Assembly: GCA_010356995.1 (NCBI GenBank)
Contig: ML996691.1
Coordinates: forward strand, 564,174 to 628,173
Direction: 5' to 3'
Origin: Trichodelitschia bisporula
Taxonomy: Eukaryota
DNA: 64,000 bases
Both the position numbers and the translations under genes were made by a program. Shown piece by piece: positions 37,584 through 50,800 of this stretch. Under the pieces are notes generated by a model, which saw only the letters and a program-made list of their open reading frames with translations, was not told where the DNA came from and made no database searches. How positions within the stretch are numbered: the stretch's first letter is position 1; each line of letters opens with the position of its first letter.

Positions 37584-39188
37584 GGGGTGCTTCTGAGGGC
37601 TATGTGTTGGTTAGGACGGGTCTTTCCGATGGGCCAAGGATGTATTGCGTTCGCATGTGTTTCAGTGCCTGGTGAGTATGGCGCTGGTATGGGGGGGGGG
37701 TCTCTCATTGTTTCTTTCCTATGTATAATGCTGTACTCCAGAATCCAGTCGTCTACTGTTTATACATGATTCCTTGGGGCCTCAGACTGTATTGTTCACT
37801 GGGGATTGTACCGATACTGGGCAAACAATTGGCAGACTATGGCGTAATCGTACCACGTGAACTCGGGCGATATGAGTGCCATGGTCGACTCAGTTCCGCC
37901 ACCACTCGTCTGTCGCCCTCGTGGTCTCGTCGATGACTGAGATTCGGCGCTAGCTTCCACACTTACCATTGATTGGCATGACTGGAGTGGCAAGCGTCAG
38001 AATGATTGGATGATGGGTAGGGGGGATAGGCTCCAGCAGGCAGTGTTCTGCCTTTTGTACGTTGGGACTGTGTACAGTAGGTACACTTGCGCGGCAATGC
38101 GGGGGTGGTTCGGGTCTGAGCCTCTACGGTACCGTACTGTTGCGGCTGGCCATTTCCGATCCCTGCGACTTGCCTTCCGAAGCATTTGATAGAAGTCGAA
38201 GAGACACACATTTTGCCTGCTACTTGTGAAGATGAGATTCGGTCGCACAATATTATCGAGTTCAGAGAGTGAGCGGACAGTGGACAATGCAGGCGGCTTA
38301 TGCGTACATCAAAGCGGCCATATGCAGTGATGAGCGGCTCAAAGGCGATTAGCCCTGCATGTGGTGGGCCCACTGACCGGCCCTTTCACGAGCCTCCAGG
38401 CTCGAACATGTGGCATGCCAGTGAAGTTCGACAACCCGGTATATTTCCAGTTGTTTTTGAAGTCAGCTAACATTCAGTCAAAGCTGGCTGCAGTTTACAC
38501 TAGCTTCAAGCTCTTCTCTCTTTAACTGTTGATCTGTCTACGTACCGTAGTATGCAGCCTAAATGCAGCCTGTTACTGTAGAGGAGGCGGTCTGGCCGAA
38601 CTAGGAGATGGCTTGTCGTGTCTGTATGGTTTCAAGCAGCGCAAAAAGTGCTGGCAAGCCAACAGCCACTTGTGGGAGAGGGGACATGCAATGCAACTAC
38701 ATAGGGATTTGCTCCGGTTGACTGGACAGGTACAGTAATATTATGTCCAAGAGCCTGCTGTCCAAAACTCCCCAGACAAGAGCGTGCAGGAAAGGAAAAA
38801 GCCCCAGGTCAAAGACTCTCACGTCTTAAACCGCTAACCCCCACACAAACCATCACCCCTCCCTTCCTCTCCCTCACTTCCGCCATGTGACGATATCATC
38901 CCCGCGACAAACTCCCCCGTACTTTCTGCTCTCTCTCGCGTCCTCTGCCTCCCGTTTTCTGGATCCGCTAGACGTGGTACCATCAGCTGCTGGGTTTAAC
39001 TTCCCTGCTGGTGCACAGCCTTTCCCGAGACCCGATCCTCCCATTCACTCGCGTCGCGCGCGCGCCCCCCCACACACCGGCCTCTCCATCGTTACTCGCT
39101 GGGCGTTGGGCGTTGAGTAGATCAGGTCTTGGTTTATGGTCCCTGTGAGACCCTTTCGCCTCACCTGCCGTGGGAGCCACGGGCGAGA

Positions 39189-42100
39189 ATGTTTGGTTCG
39201 CAGGACAAGCTTCGCGAGAGCCTGGGACGCAAACTCACGCAGCAAAGGAAGACCAGCGGGTCAAACAGAGCTTCCATGGATCTACCCACCCACCTACGAG
39301 ATGGAGACGACGCGCAAGAAGATGTCACGGCCCTCCGGTCTGGTGCAGCAGGCCGATACATGCATCAATCACTGTTCTCTATGATAACCGTCGCAGGCTC
39401 AACCGCCGACTTTCAGTCGCGGTTTGATGACGGAAACAGTGACAGCGAAGATGATGATGAACACCACGGACCTACTCCACGACTATCCAAATCATACGCT
39501 CCCCCGCCCGCCGAACCCAGTAAGCCCGACCCTTCTACCAGCCCTATACCCATAGCTGGATCCTCCTCGACGACAAGTGGCCACCGCCGATCCTCCTCGA
39601 AAGCTCGCCTGCTCAAGTCAATGCACAAACTGCGCCTTGTGCCAATACGCGAAAGAAAACGCTCCTCCTTCGCCGACGACGACGACGACATGATGAGTTC
39701 GTCCATGATCCTGACGCCGAGACCAGAGGGTCCTCCCCCGGAGGTGGATGATAAGGACACGCCTACGCTGAGCGCCGATGCACCCATACTCAGCAGGAAG
39801 TTGCAGGCAGAAGCGGAGATGCAAGCCTCGGAGAGCAGCGAACGCTCAAGCATGAAGGATGTGAATGTGGCGACGTCTCGCAAGACGTCCCCCATATCTC
39901 TGGCACAACGGCTGAAGGACATATTTGGGTTCGACGAGCCGGAAGAGGTGATAGCAGGTAGCCCAAACTCCCTTGCGGCCAGTCCCTTGAGCACCGCTGA
40001 TAAACCCTTAGAGTACCCATGCTGGCTACTGCAGAGTGTCCTACTTCAAGGCTTCATGTACGTGACGCAGAAGCACATCTGCTTCTACGCGTACCTCCCC
40101 AAGAAAGCCGTAAGCTCTCAGTATCCCATATTCAGAGACCTCTTGCTTATGCTGGTTAGACCACTGTTGCGAAGTCGGGATATCTTGCCAAACGCGGTCA
40201 CCGAAACCCTCGCTATAACCGATACTTCTTCGAGCTCAAGGGAGACGTCCTCAGCTACTATGAAGATCCGACCAAGATCTACTACCCGAGCGGTAAGATC
40301 GACCTTCGCCTCGGCATCTCCGCCACGGTTAACGACAAGGACAAAGCGAAAGACGGCACCTACTTTACGCTTTCTACCGACAAACGCGACTACATGTTCA
40401 AAGCGGATACTTCGAACAGTGCCAAAGAATGGGTCAAGATACTGCAAAAAGTCATCTTTCGCTCGCACAACGACGGTGATAGTGTTAAGATTTCCCTGCC
40501 GATTGATAATATCATGGACATTGAGGACAACCCCGTTTTAGACTTTGCAGACACTGTAAAAATCCGCGTGATAGACAACGATGAGACGTACGCTATAGAC
40601 GAGGTAAGCTTTGCCCAGAAGATTGCAGCTTGTTGCATCTTCGGCTAATTCCGTTGTAGTATTTCTTCTCTTTTTTCAGTTGGGGTAAAGAAGCGATGCG
40701 TGTGCTTCGCATAATGGTAGAGGGTAATACTTTCCACAAAGACGAAACGCAAGGCTCGGAACCGCCATCAGACAACGAGGATTCCGGAAGTCCTGGCCGA
40801 CGCGGCTTCGGCGGTGGCCGGCCGTCTTCAGTCCCAGCGCATACGCCTCAGCTCCGCGACACCGTACGGGCTACTCTAACGCCTTACTCACCTGGCGATA
40901 GGTCCCATTCGGCCTCCCGATTAAGCAATGAGTCCAGGCGTTCAAGCCTGGATGTTCGAAAGCGAAGCATGGAGTTGTCACGCACGAGTTCGGACTATGG
41001 CCGACGAAGCTTCAGCGGTAATCGGCGTGGAGACCGATCCCCGCTTTCACCTACTCGCCAACACTCCAACGGATCCCCGACCGCAGCCTCGATGGACCAT
41101 GAAACAGAGTCGTCGGCTGCCATCCAATCCCTAGACGACACGAATGCATCTGCGAGCCAGATCTTGAACCGAAGCGACATCTTCCAGGCACCAACCATCA
41201 ACGCGCCGCATCGGACAGTCTCGGATTCGTCTGCAGACGTGCTCAAGCGCGCCTCCCAAGATACCGCACGATCAGGCAACCGAAGCAAGAATCTGCCTTC
41301 GCCCTACAGTCAGCGAAATGGGCTTCGTAAGCCGCGGCCTGGTGACGCCACCCCGCCCATCAACCTTCGAGACCGGTTCGGAGACTCAAGCCAATCCACG
41401 GGAATGCCGACCTCGTCTGCCATTCATAACATCATTCACGCCGGCACATATCCCCTTCAGCAAACCTCAAAGTTTGCCGAGTTCCTCAAATCGCGCTCTA
41501 AGCGCATGAGTAACCTGCTAGCAACGGAGTCCATGGGTTACTACGAGAAGGTGTCGGGTATGTGGGCTGGGGGTGTGAAGCATTATGGTACCAGTCAGGG
41601 CCTGACTCCGGAGGATGAGGACCCTGATGCCGACGACGATGAAAATGCGGCCCTCCACGCCCAAAGGTTCCGCGAACATTTTGCTCTTCCCGACTCTGAA
41701 CAACTCGTGGCTAGCTACTTTGGCTTTTTGCACCGCGTCTTACCACTTTACGGGAAGATCTACATCGGCACCAAGCATTTGTGCTACCGCAGCCTGCTAC
41801 CTGGCACCCGGACGAAGCTGATACTGCCTCTGAAGGATATCGAGAGTGCGTCAAAGGAAAAGGGGTACCGGCTAGGCTACTGCGGGCTGGTGGTGGTCAT
41901 CCGCGGCCATGAGGAGATCTTCTTTGATTTCCGGGACGTTGGCATCCGCGATGATTGCGCAGTCACTACGATACTGGGCATGGAAGCCGCGAAGAAGAGT
42001 CTTGCGGAATCAGGGCTCTTCACCGAGGAAGAGATCCGGGAGGCGGAGACGGCGAAGGCTGAACACCAGGCGCTACAAGAAGCTCGACAGGACGGCCATG

Positions 42101-43717
42101 CTCTGCACGAGCTGGCGCTGCCGAAGACCCTCGGCGAAATTGAGCCCGAAGCGCCCCCAATCTTATTCGACGACCCTCGCGCTTCCATCATCAACTTTAA
42201 GCCAGCCGAACCCATGCGTATCACGTGCTTGACCATCGGCTCGAGAGGTGACGTTCAGCCTTATATTGCGCTCTGCAAGGGATTTATTAAAGACGGTCAC
42301 AAGGCGAAGATCGCAACGCATCGGGAGTTTGAACCATGGATCAGGAAGCATGGCATCGACTTTGCGCCAGTGGGAGGCGACCCGGCCGAGCTCATGCGTA
42401 TCTGCGTCGAAAACGGCATGTTCACGTTGTCGTTCCTCAAGGAAGCTAGTGCCAAGTTCCGCGGCTGGCTCGACGAGCTGATGGTTTCAGCCTGGGAGGC
42501 GTGCCAGAACAGCGACCTTTTGATCGAAAGTCCTAGCGCCATGGCCGGGATTCACATTGCTGAGGCGCTGGGCATCCCCTACTTCCGCGCCTTCACGATG
42601 CCGTGGACACGTACACGCGCCTACCCGCACGCCTTCGCCGTACCGGAGTACAAGATGGGCGGCACGTACAACTACATGTCGTACGTCATGTTCGATAGCA
42701 TCTTTTGGAAGGCGATTGCGAATCAGGTCAATCGGTGGCGCAAGAAGACGCTTGGACTGGGCAGCACGGGGCTGGATAAGATGCAGCCGAACAAGGTACC
42801 CTTCCTGTACAACTTCAGCCCGCATGTGGTCGTACCGCCACTGGACTACAGTGACTGGATCCGCGTCACGGGGTACTGGTTCCTGGACGAAGGGGAGGAG
42901 TGGACCCCGTCGGTAGAGCTGCGCGACTTTATTGCGCGCGCGCGCGCCGACGGGAAGAAGCTCGTGTATGTCGGCTTTGGGTCGATCGTGGTCGAGGACC
43001 CGGCTGCCCTGACGCAGACGGTCGTCGAGTCAGTCCTCAAAGCCGACGTGCGTTGCATCCTGTCCAAGGGCTGGTCCGACCGGCTCGGCAAGAAGGCCGA
43101 CGCGACCAAGCCCGAAGTCCTGCTGCCACCGGAGATCATGTCCATCCAGTCGGCGCCGCACGATTGGCTCTTCCGCCATATTGACGCGGCGGCGCATCAT
43201 GGCGGGGCGGGGACGACGGGCGCGAGTCTGCGCGCCGGCATCCCGACGATTGCGAAGCCGTTCTTTGGGGACCAGTTTTTCTTTGGCCAGCGGATTGAGG
43301 ACCTCGGTGTGGGGATTTGCCTCAAGAAGTTGAATACAAGCCTGTTTGCCAAGGCGCTGTGGGAGGCGACGCATAGCGAGCGGATGATTGCGAAGGCGCG
43401 CGTGCTGGGGGAGCAGATCCGGGCGGTAAGTTTTGTCTTGTCACCACAATCGAAAGAATGCATGGCTAATATGCGCTCAGGAGGACGGCGTCGGCACGGC
43501 CATCCAGGCCATCTACCGCGATATGGACTACGCGCGGTCATTGATCAAGAAGGAGCGCGTGGGGCACGACGAGCCGGCGGATGATTTTGAGGAGACGTGG
43601 ACGTTCATCGGGGATGAGAATGATGCCGACCTCTCGCTTGGGCAGTCGCGGGTTGAGGCGGCGGTTGATGCAGGCGCCGTGTTTGGCTCGGGGCTGATAG
43701 CGCGTGGTTTGGTGTAA
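39189..43717 (+). CDS. ATG26: Sterol 3-beta-glucosyltransferase (PH, GRAM and GT28/UDPGT domains)
   Basis: Introns 39958-40011, 40110-40159, 40604-40659, 43426-43480. Motifs [66 protein letters not shown]. Start codon uncertain. Confidence 0.94.
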
Positions 43718-44084
43718 TAAGTAGGGTTTGACCGTTCAATGGTGTTGGAACACGCGCGTTGCTTGTTGGCGGGCGTTGACTAGATTAGACTGTGGCGTGG
43801 TGGTTTTTGCACTCTTTGACGAAGCGAGGGTTATTCATGTGTCTGTTCTAAGGCATCGCGTATCATTTCTGGCATAGACCATATGCAGGCGCTGAAGGGC
43901 CAGGGGAGAGGCTGGCTGGCTGGTTAGGAGTTGTTCACATTACGGTTACGACGAAGGACGTTTTATGAGCGCTGTTGTTTTGAAATGACTCAAGTGTAGA
44001 AGTAGTAATGTGCTCACACGCGCCCGTAGGCTGGCGTAGTGAAGATATGCCGATATGCTCGCTGTGGAATGGGCGGCTGCGCCT

Positions 44085-44202
44085 CTATCCCATGCTCCTC
44101 ATGCTTCCTTCGATCAATGTTCTATCCAATGCTCTCTCCAATGCTCCCTTCGATCAATGCATCTATCCAATGCTCTCCAATGCTCGCTCCAACCAATGCA
44201 AC
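44085..44202. repeat. Three imperfect ~40-nt tandem copies built on CCAATGCTC
   Basis: Copies start at 44085, 44122 and 44163 (CTATCC[C/A]ATGCTC...CTTCGATCAATG), just past the stop codon of the minus-strand gene at 44210. Confidence 0.8.
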
Positions 44203-44209
44203 AACAAAA

Positions 44210-44995
44210 TCACTCCAAATCCAGCCTCAACCGCCTCACACTCCCATTCCCACCCGACTCCACTTCATTCAATCCTCCCCGTCCTCCCCTCCCTCCCCTA
44301 GGTAAAATCCGCCTCAACAACCCCCTAACCCCCCTCCTCTCCTCCCGATCCAGCGCCGCATACTCCCTCCGCCGCGTAGCATCGCTGGTCCAGTAGTGCG
44401 TCGTGGCGGGGACGGAGTCGGCGTGGTGTGGGCCGTCGGGGTCGGCGGCGACATCCTCTTCTGGCGAGAGGGGCAAGGGCGACTCAAGGCTGGGGTTGCG
44501 TCTGTGCAACGGCGCGGTAGGTGCGCTGGGTAGAGTGGCGCCACGCGCGCGCCGTGGGTCGTTCTTTCCCGGTGCTGCAGCCGGTGTCGGGCCGAACAGC
44601 GCACAGCTGCGCGTGTGCAGCGCGAGCGCGGAGGCGAGGTCCGGCGCGGAAGGCGTACGCCGGGGACGCGGATGCGGGTTCGGGCCGGAGGGGCGACGGG
44701 TGGTTACGTCCGTGGTTGTGCGGGTCAGCGTCGTGCGGGTGGGTTTTTGGGTGCGGGTGGTGGTGGTGGAGGAGGAGTTTGATGTTGAGGTGGATGTGGA
44801 GGTTGAGGGGGCGCGGGTGGGGGGCGAGGCTGAGGAGCGGGTTGGTGGTGAGGTTGAGGAGCGGTGCGAGCGGGGTCGGGTGCTTGATGTTGAGGTGGTT
44901 GGCTCGGGGGAGGGCGGGCCGTAGCCGCTGTCGGTGCGTTTTGTGCGGCGGCGGGCCGATGGCGGGGGGGAGGTGGGGCCTCTGGAGGGGGACAT
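44210..44995 (-). CDS. Hypothetical protein, S/T/P/R-rich and probably disordered, with a conserved-looking C-terminus
   Basis: 261-aa ATG-started ORF. C-terminal YWTSDATRRREYAALD...RGVRGL...GSVRRLRLDLE resembles a motif I recall in uncharacterised Pezizomycotina proteins. Shows the same C-rich 5' / G-rich 3' polarity as bona fide genes here. Confidence 0.7.
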   Translation of the reverse strand: MSPSRGPTSPPPSARRRTKRTDSGYGPPSPEPTTSTSSTRPRSHRSSTSPPTRSSASPPTRAPSTSTSTSTSNSSSTTTTRTQKPTRTTLTRTTTDVTTRRPSGPNPHPRPRRTPSAPDLASALALHTRSCALFGPTPAAAPGKNDPRRARGATLPSAPTAPLHRRNPSLESPLPLSPEEDVAADPDGPHHADSVPATTHYWTSDATRRREYAALDREERRGVRGLLRRILPRGGRGGRGGLNEVESGGNGSVRRLRLDLE

Positions 44996-46738
44996 TTTTG
45001 TGGTGGGGGTGGAGGGAAACGCGGGGTGATGATGATGATGTTGGTGGTGGATGGTGCGTGTGGTGCAAGAGTCGCGAGGCTTGCGGGCGGCGCCGTAGTT
45101 AAAGGCGCGAGGCGGTGGCCAGTTCTAGCCACGGGACATGGCGAGAGATGTGGGGGGTGGTTGAGGTTGAGGCTAGTGTGCAGGAGGAGAGGGCGCCACC
45201 GACTTCACCGCCTGTTGTTGTTGTTGTTGGGCGGGGAGGATGGCGTGAATGGGTGGGGTTAAGCGCGCGAGTAGTGTTTGGCGCTGGAAAAGTGGGGATG
45301 GAAATGGGTGTTGGGGGGAAGTAGTGGGTGATGGAGCTCTGAGGTTGATATATCCTCCCCCCTCCCCCCCGTCGTATCTTAGGAACCCCAGCCTGATGGG
45401 GCACCGGGGGGAGCCACGATCACATGGAAGGGTGGAAAGGGCATTGGAGATGCGCGTGCGTTGGGTCCTGGAAAAGCCTCACAGGCTTCATGGTGGAAGC
45501 GAATTGGTGATAATGAACTGGGGAGGAAAGACAACACACATTGACCCGTGAACCAATAACGCCACGGATGAAGCACGAAAAGCGCCGATCTCGCTGTAAG
45601 TGGTTTGAAGTGTTTTTTGCCTTGACATGTGCCCTTCCCTCTCTGGGACTAATAACCTTACCGGCGTCAAGTCGAAACGGAGGACGGGACGTGAATGACT
45701 TCCAGAACCTCTCTCTCTCTTTCCCCGGAGATTGCAAACTAGAGGATATTCCCCTGCTCGGCAACCATCGCAGGGAAAGGGAATGAAATCAGGCAAAACA
45801 ATTCACCATGAGGTTAGCAAAATGGCTGCAACAGGACTGATCGACGCCAGCGTTCCTCTTTCCCCCCCATCTCTCTCACATGTGAGCAGTTTCTCCCCCA
45901 TCATTCGCAGACACCACCCGCCCAGCAGCAATCAGCAGCAGGTGATAGCTGTCACGCCGCAAGAGGCTACTCCGACTATCCCCATGGCAGACGCCCCCAG
46001 CGGGACTAACCGTTCCGGACGCGGACGCGGCACGCATGCCACGGTACCGTAGGTAGACGGCTCAAAGCTGGGTGGAGTCCCGTCGCCCAAGCCCGCAGTC
46101 CAGACGTCTTGCGCCACACGGTACGGTAGTTCTAGAACTGGACCATATTATTGCCGCTCGCCCACGACGCAACGGGAGCCCGTCGCTTCGGGCTTACGCC
46201 TGCCTCCTGCGGCCATAGCTTCGTAATGAGCCGGCTAAGCGGAATGTTGTTTCGGCGGGCGGACAGGCAGATCGCCGGCCGTCGGAGGGAGATGGAGGGG
46301 GGAGGGGCGCGTGCAGCGGGTAGATTGAGCGGGGGGAGGGATCGCGGGGTCGGGTCGGGTGGTGATGCCCCGGGGAGGGCGGGAGGGGTGGAAGGCAGAT
46401 GTGATAATGACGAATCACACGGGCGTGCGCACGGGAGAGGGAGGGAAACAGTGAACAAAGCGCCCTCTTCCAGCCTCCTACGCTACAGTATCCAGAAATT
46501 CCGACGTCAGAACCTTATCGCCCGGCCCCACACTAAGAGCCGCAGTCAAATGTCAGAAAGCGTCATTTCAAAGCTTCCCCCCTTCCACACCCCCTGGCCC
46601 CATACTGTGTATATTCGCCCCAGCCCCAGCCCTTAGTTCCGCGGAATGAGAGAGAGGCCGTCCTGGGCCATAGTACGTACCCCATACCGCACAGCCCGCA
46701 CCTTCCTCCACCCTGGGCGTTCCGTGCGTGTGTACGGC

Positions 46739-46743
<5 letters not shown>

Positions 46744-46776
<33 letters not shown>
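46744..46776. repeat. (CTG/CAG)11 microsatellite
   Basis: Perfect trinucleotide run, followed by a C-homopolymer near 46805-46817. Confidence 0.95.
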
Positions 46777-46779
<3 letters not shown>

Positions 46780-47802
46780 CTTGTGCGTGGCACGCGACCA
46801 CCCACCCCCCCCCCCCCGGGTGTGAATGAGAAGGAGGAAGCTAGCTGGGAGCTCTCCCTGCTCCTGCCATGTGGATGCCGCGTGCCGAGCTCTGTAGCTT
46901 ATGAGTGATGTCGCGGCGGAAATGCTTCGTGTGCAAATTCCCGTCTGCGAGGACCTGGTCCTGGAGCTATCCACGCCATCTACTACCCGTATCTCCCCCG
47001 CAAAGAGGGTCCAGTGGGTATATGGGATTCGCTTCCGATGACCCTGTCGGAGTTCGAGAGTGGAGCGGTTGACGGGTTTTGGCGGTGTGAAGAGCGGAAG
47101 TTGGCATGGCTGGGTGAGGTTGGCTGGGTGGGTTACCACGATATGCAGTTGCTGCAGTTGCTTCACGGACACATGACAGCTGAGAGACTCCTTGTTGCTT
47201 GGCTGATGACGAAGATGAGGGTGGAGTAGACTTGTCTTCCTCCACTTGTCGTCCATCTTTGGCCTTGTCGTTACCGTCTTTGTCACCGCAACTTTCTTCA
47301 CAGTAGTACAATAATCCCTCCCATACACTACCTGGCTACCTACAAACCCTCCAACCCATCGAGAACCTCCCGCACATTGCTCGCCTCGCCTTGCCGCAAT
47401 TCGACATCCGATCACTGACCCAGCCTCTCTCCATCGAACCGCGCCGCTCCTGTTGGGTAAGTCGCATTAGCATAATGTACTCTCTCAAAAGCACCATGGA
47501 CAAGAACCATGATAGCCTCGTCCTGAAAGCGATTACGAAAGATAGTAGCCCATAAGTCTACCACAGAGCCAGTTCCAGCTGAACGATCAGAGCCTCCTCT
47601 AAACTCCATACTGAGAAAAACGAAGGAATGATGATATATCCAAGCAGCAGACATGCACACCCATCAGATACAACCCCCCTCCTTCCCTACGCCGCTGCCT
47701 AAAAAGGCACATGGATATCAACAGCCAAAGCAATAGAAACAGGCCACGAAAAAGACACACTTTTCAAACACCGTACCGAATGCCTACAACACACCGTCAA
47801 AA

Positions 47803-50800
47803 CTAGTCCGTCTCATGATCCGGCGGCAAATCAGCCCCGAGCCCGCTGTCGCTCGGCGGAGCATACACGACCATCTTACTTGCGTCCGCGACATCGGCAA
47901 AATCGGCCATCGAGCGCGACGCCATTGCTACAACTCCTTTAGCAGTGCTCCCATAGCTCGACCGCCGGTCAGACTCCGTGCCTGTCAAATACCCTGTTTC
48001 ATACGAAGCGCCACTGTCCGTCATCTGTCCCGCGCTGATGCGCCTCTCCGCATCCGTCTCGCTGCCCACGATGCTACCGTTCGTCCCCTCCTCATGCCCG
48101 TAGTGCTCGTGCTCGTCCGCAAAGCTGCCCGTGACATCGTGCTCGTCCTGCTCATCCTCACTGTCAATCGCGTCGAGGTACTCGTCGTTCTCCTTGTCCT
48201 CGGAAATCGCCCCGCCGAAGCTGCGCCGCTTGTCCCCCTTATCGGAGAGGGTCGAAACCTTACGCATGCCCGTCGAGTTGCGCACACTCTGGGAGCGCTT
48301 AACTCCGCCCGTGTTCATGACATTCGACTCAAAGCTAGGCTGCTGGTTGGACGCGTAGTTGGCCGAGAAGATTCGGCGGCCAGTGGCAGCACCACCGGCC
48401 AGAGGACCGCCAGCCCGGCGCGCCGGCGATGACCGGTTCTTGATCGCCAGGCTCAGGCCCTGCGCCGCCGGCGACGGCTGGTCGGAGGAGCCGTTGCGAG
48501 AATGGACAGACTTGGAGCCCTTGTGAGCAGTGTACACACGAGACTGGTTGATGATGCCGTCGAGGATGCGCTTCTCCAGGATCTCTGCCTTGGCATCCAT
48601 CTGGTGGAGCTCCTCCTTGCGGATCGTGAGGGCAGTCTGTACAGCCGAGACATCCGCCGAAAGACGGGCCTTCTGGTTGAGAAGACTCTCCTTTTCCTCA
48701 TGCAGACGTTCCACGATCAGCGACAGTTCCTCCTTCTCCTTGCGCAATTTCTCAACGTCACTCTCCACGTGCTCCTTTTCGGCCAGACGCCGCTCGAGCA
48801 GCCGAGTGGTCTCCTCGACTTCCTTCTCCTTGCTCTCATGGCCCTCGGTGATGAGGCGCGTCTGCAGAGCGACGAAGTCAGAAAACTCGGCCGCAGTCAC
48901 CATGACCTGGTGGTGGATCTTGTCGAGACGATCCAGCTGGGTCGACGCCTCCTTTGCCTCAGCAACATGGGTCATGAGCTGATCGAGCTTGTCCTGAACA
49001 AGAGTATCATCGTACTCCTTGACCTCGGCAACGGGCGGCGGAGGCGGCATCAGAGCCGGCAGAGCAGTGAACGAGTTCTTGATCTCATCCGTCAGTGAAC
49101 GAGTGTGCTCCGTCGCCTCGCGGGTTTGTTCGTAGTGCGAGTTGATGACTGTGAGCACCTCCTGGAGTGTGGAAAGGACCTTGGGGTTGAACTCGGTGAC
49201 CTCGCCCTGCAAGCCAGTGATGGCAGTCAGAGCCTTGGACACCTCCTGGCGGGTAAGGTCATGCTCCTCCTGGGCGGCAGTGCGCGTTTCGATGTCATCA
49301 ATCTTACTGAAGCCCTCATCGAGCTTCATGAAGACAGTCTGAGACTCCTCGCTAATCTTGCCAGCGACGTCGCGGAAGGTGGTTTCCATGGTCGTGATGG
49401 AGCAACCAAGAGTGTCAACCGAGAGCTTGAGTTCGTCGGCCACATCCTTGGTGTTCGTCATAACACCAGCCTGCTCGGCGGCGCGCTCTTCCATAGCTAG
49501 CACTTGGTTGGCCGCCGCGGTCTGGGCTTCTTCGTACTTGAGCATGATGGCGCCGAACTTGTCCTCGAGCTTCGCGGAAATCTCCTCAAGAAGCATGTCC
49601 TTGATCTCATTCTGCTTCTCGTGCATCTGCTCCGTCTTGCGCTCACGGTCCAGTTTAGCATCCTCATGCGCGCCGGACATGCGCTCAAACTCGCGCGAGA
49701 CAATCTCCATGAGCTCGTTGACATCCGCCTTGACGTTGAAGCTGGAACCAATGGCCTCCTCGAGCGCCTTCATGTTTTCACCGAGCGCGCTCACGTCGAT
49801 GGAGCTAGTGTCCAACTTCGACTTGAGTTCTTCTTTGACATCGTCCATGAAGCTCCGAACCAGGCCAACGGCGGCGATGATATCTTCGGCCTCCTTGCGG
49901 CGGTCGTCGAACGCCTTGGCCGTCACTGCAATGTCGGTCTCGTAGTTGTCCTTGAGCTTGTCGTGACTCTCGCGGAAGTCGTTCACCAGACCAATGAGTT
50001 GCTCGACATCGGCCTTGTTGGGAAGGGAGTCCGGTTCCGGGAGGTCGAGGCCTGCGATTTTGTCCTTGATCTCGAGGCAAAGCAACCCGATGACGTCCAG
50101 ATCCTTCTTTCCGACCTTATCGGCCTGCTCTTCCTCCGCAAACTGAGCAGCCTGCGAGCGAATATCGTCAATCACTGCCTTGGCATCCTGGACCAGGACC
50201 TCAATCACCGCCAAATCCTCCTTGCTGGCAATCTTGTCGTCCATGCGCGCCGAGACATCGTCGACAGCTTCGCGGGTGCTCTTGAGGAGCGCGTCAAGAG
50301 ATTCGATCTGCTCACGCGTGGCCTGCGTCTCCTTGGCGTTGATCACCAGCGTCTCAATGGCATCGATATCCTCCTTCTTGGGAAGCGCTTCCTTGTCGAG
50401 TTCTTTGGCGGCCAGCAAGTCGAAGGTGTCCTTGATGTCCTTGATCTCGTGAAGGACTGCCTCGATGCCTTCAAGATCCGCCTTGCGCACCATGTCCTCA
50501 GGCGCCTCCATCTGCACCATCGGCGGTGCAGGGGTTTCCTGAACATTGATGTCGATGGATTCGATTTTCGACTGCATCTGAGAAAGAATGACTTCCATCT
50601 TCTCAATATCATTGCGTTGCAGCATGTTCTCGGGAGCATCGAAGCGCGGCACAGACAAAGCAGGCGCCACCTCGCGAGAGGTAGACTCCTCCGGCCCCTC
50701 GGCCAGCACGATCTCATGGCCGGTGGGCGCCGGGCTGTGAGCACGCGTCTCAACACGCGTCTCCGTACGATCCTCGAAGTCGCGCTGCGCCGACTTGAGC

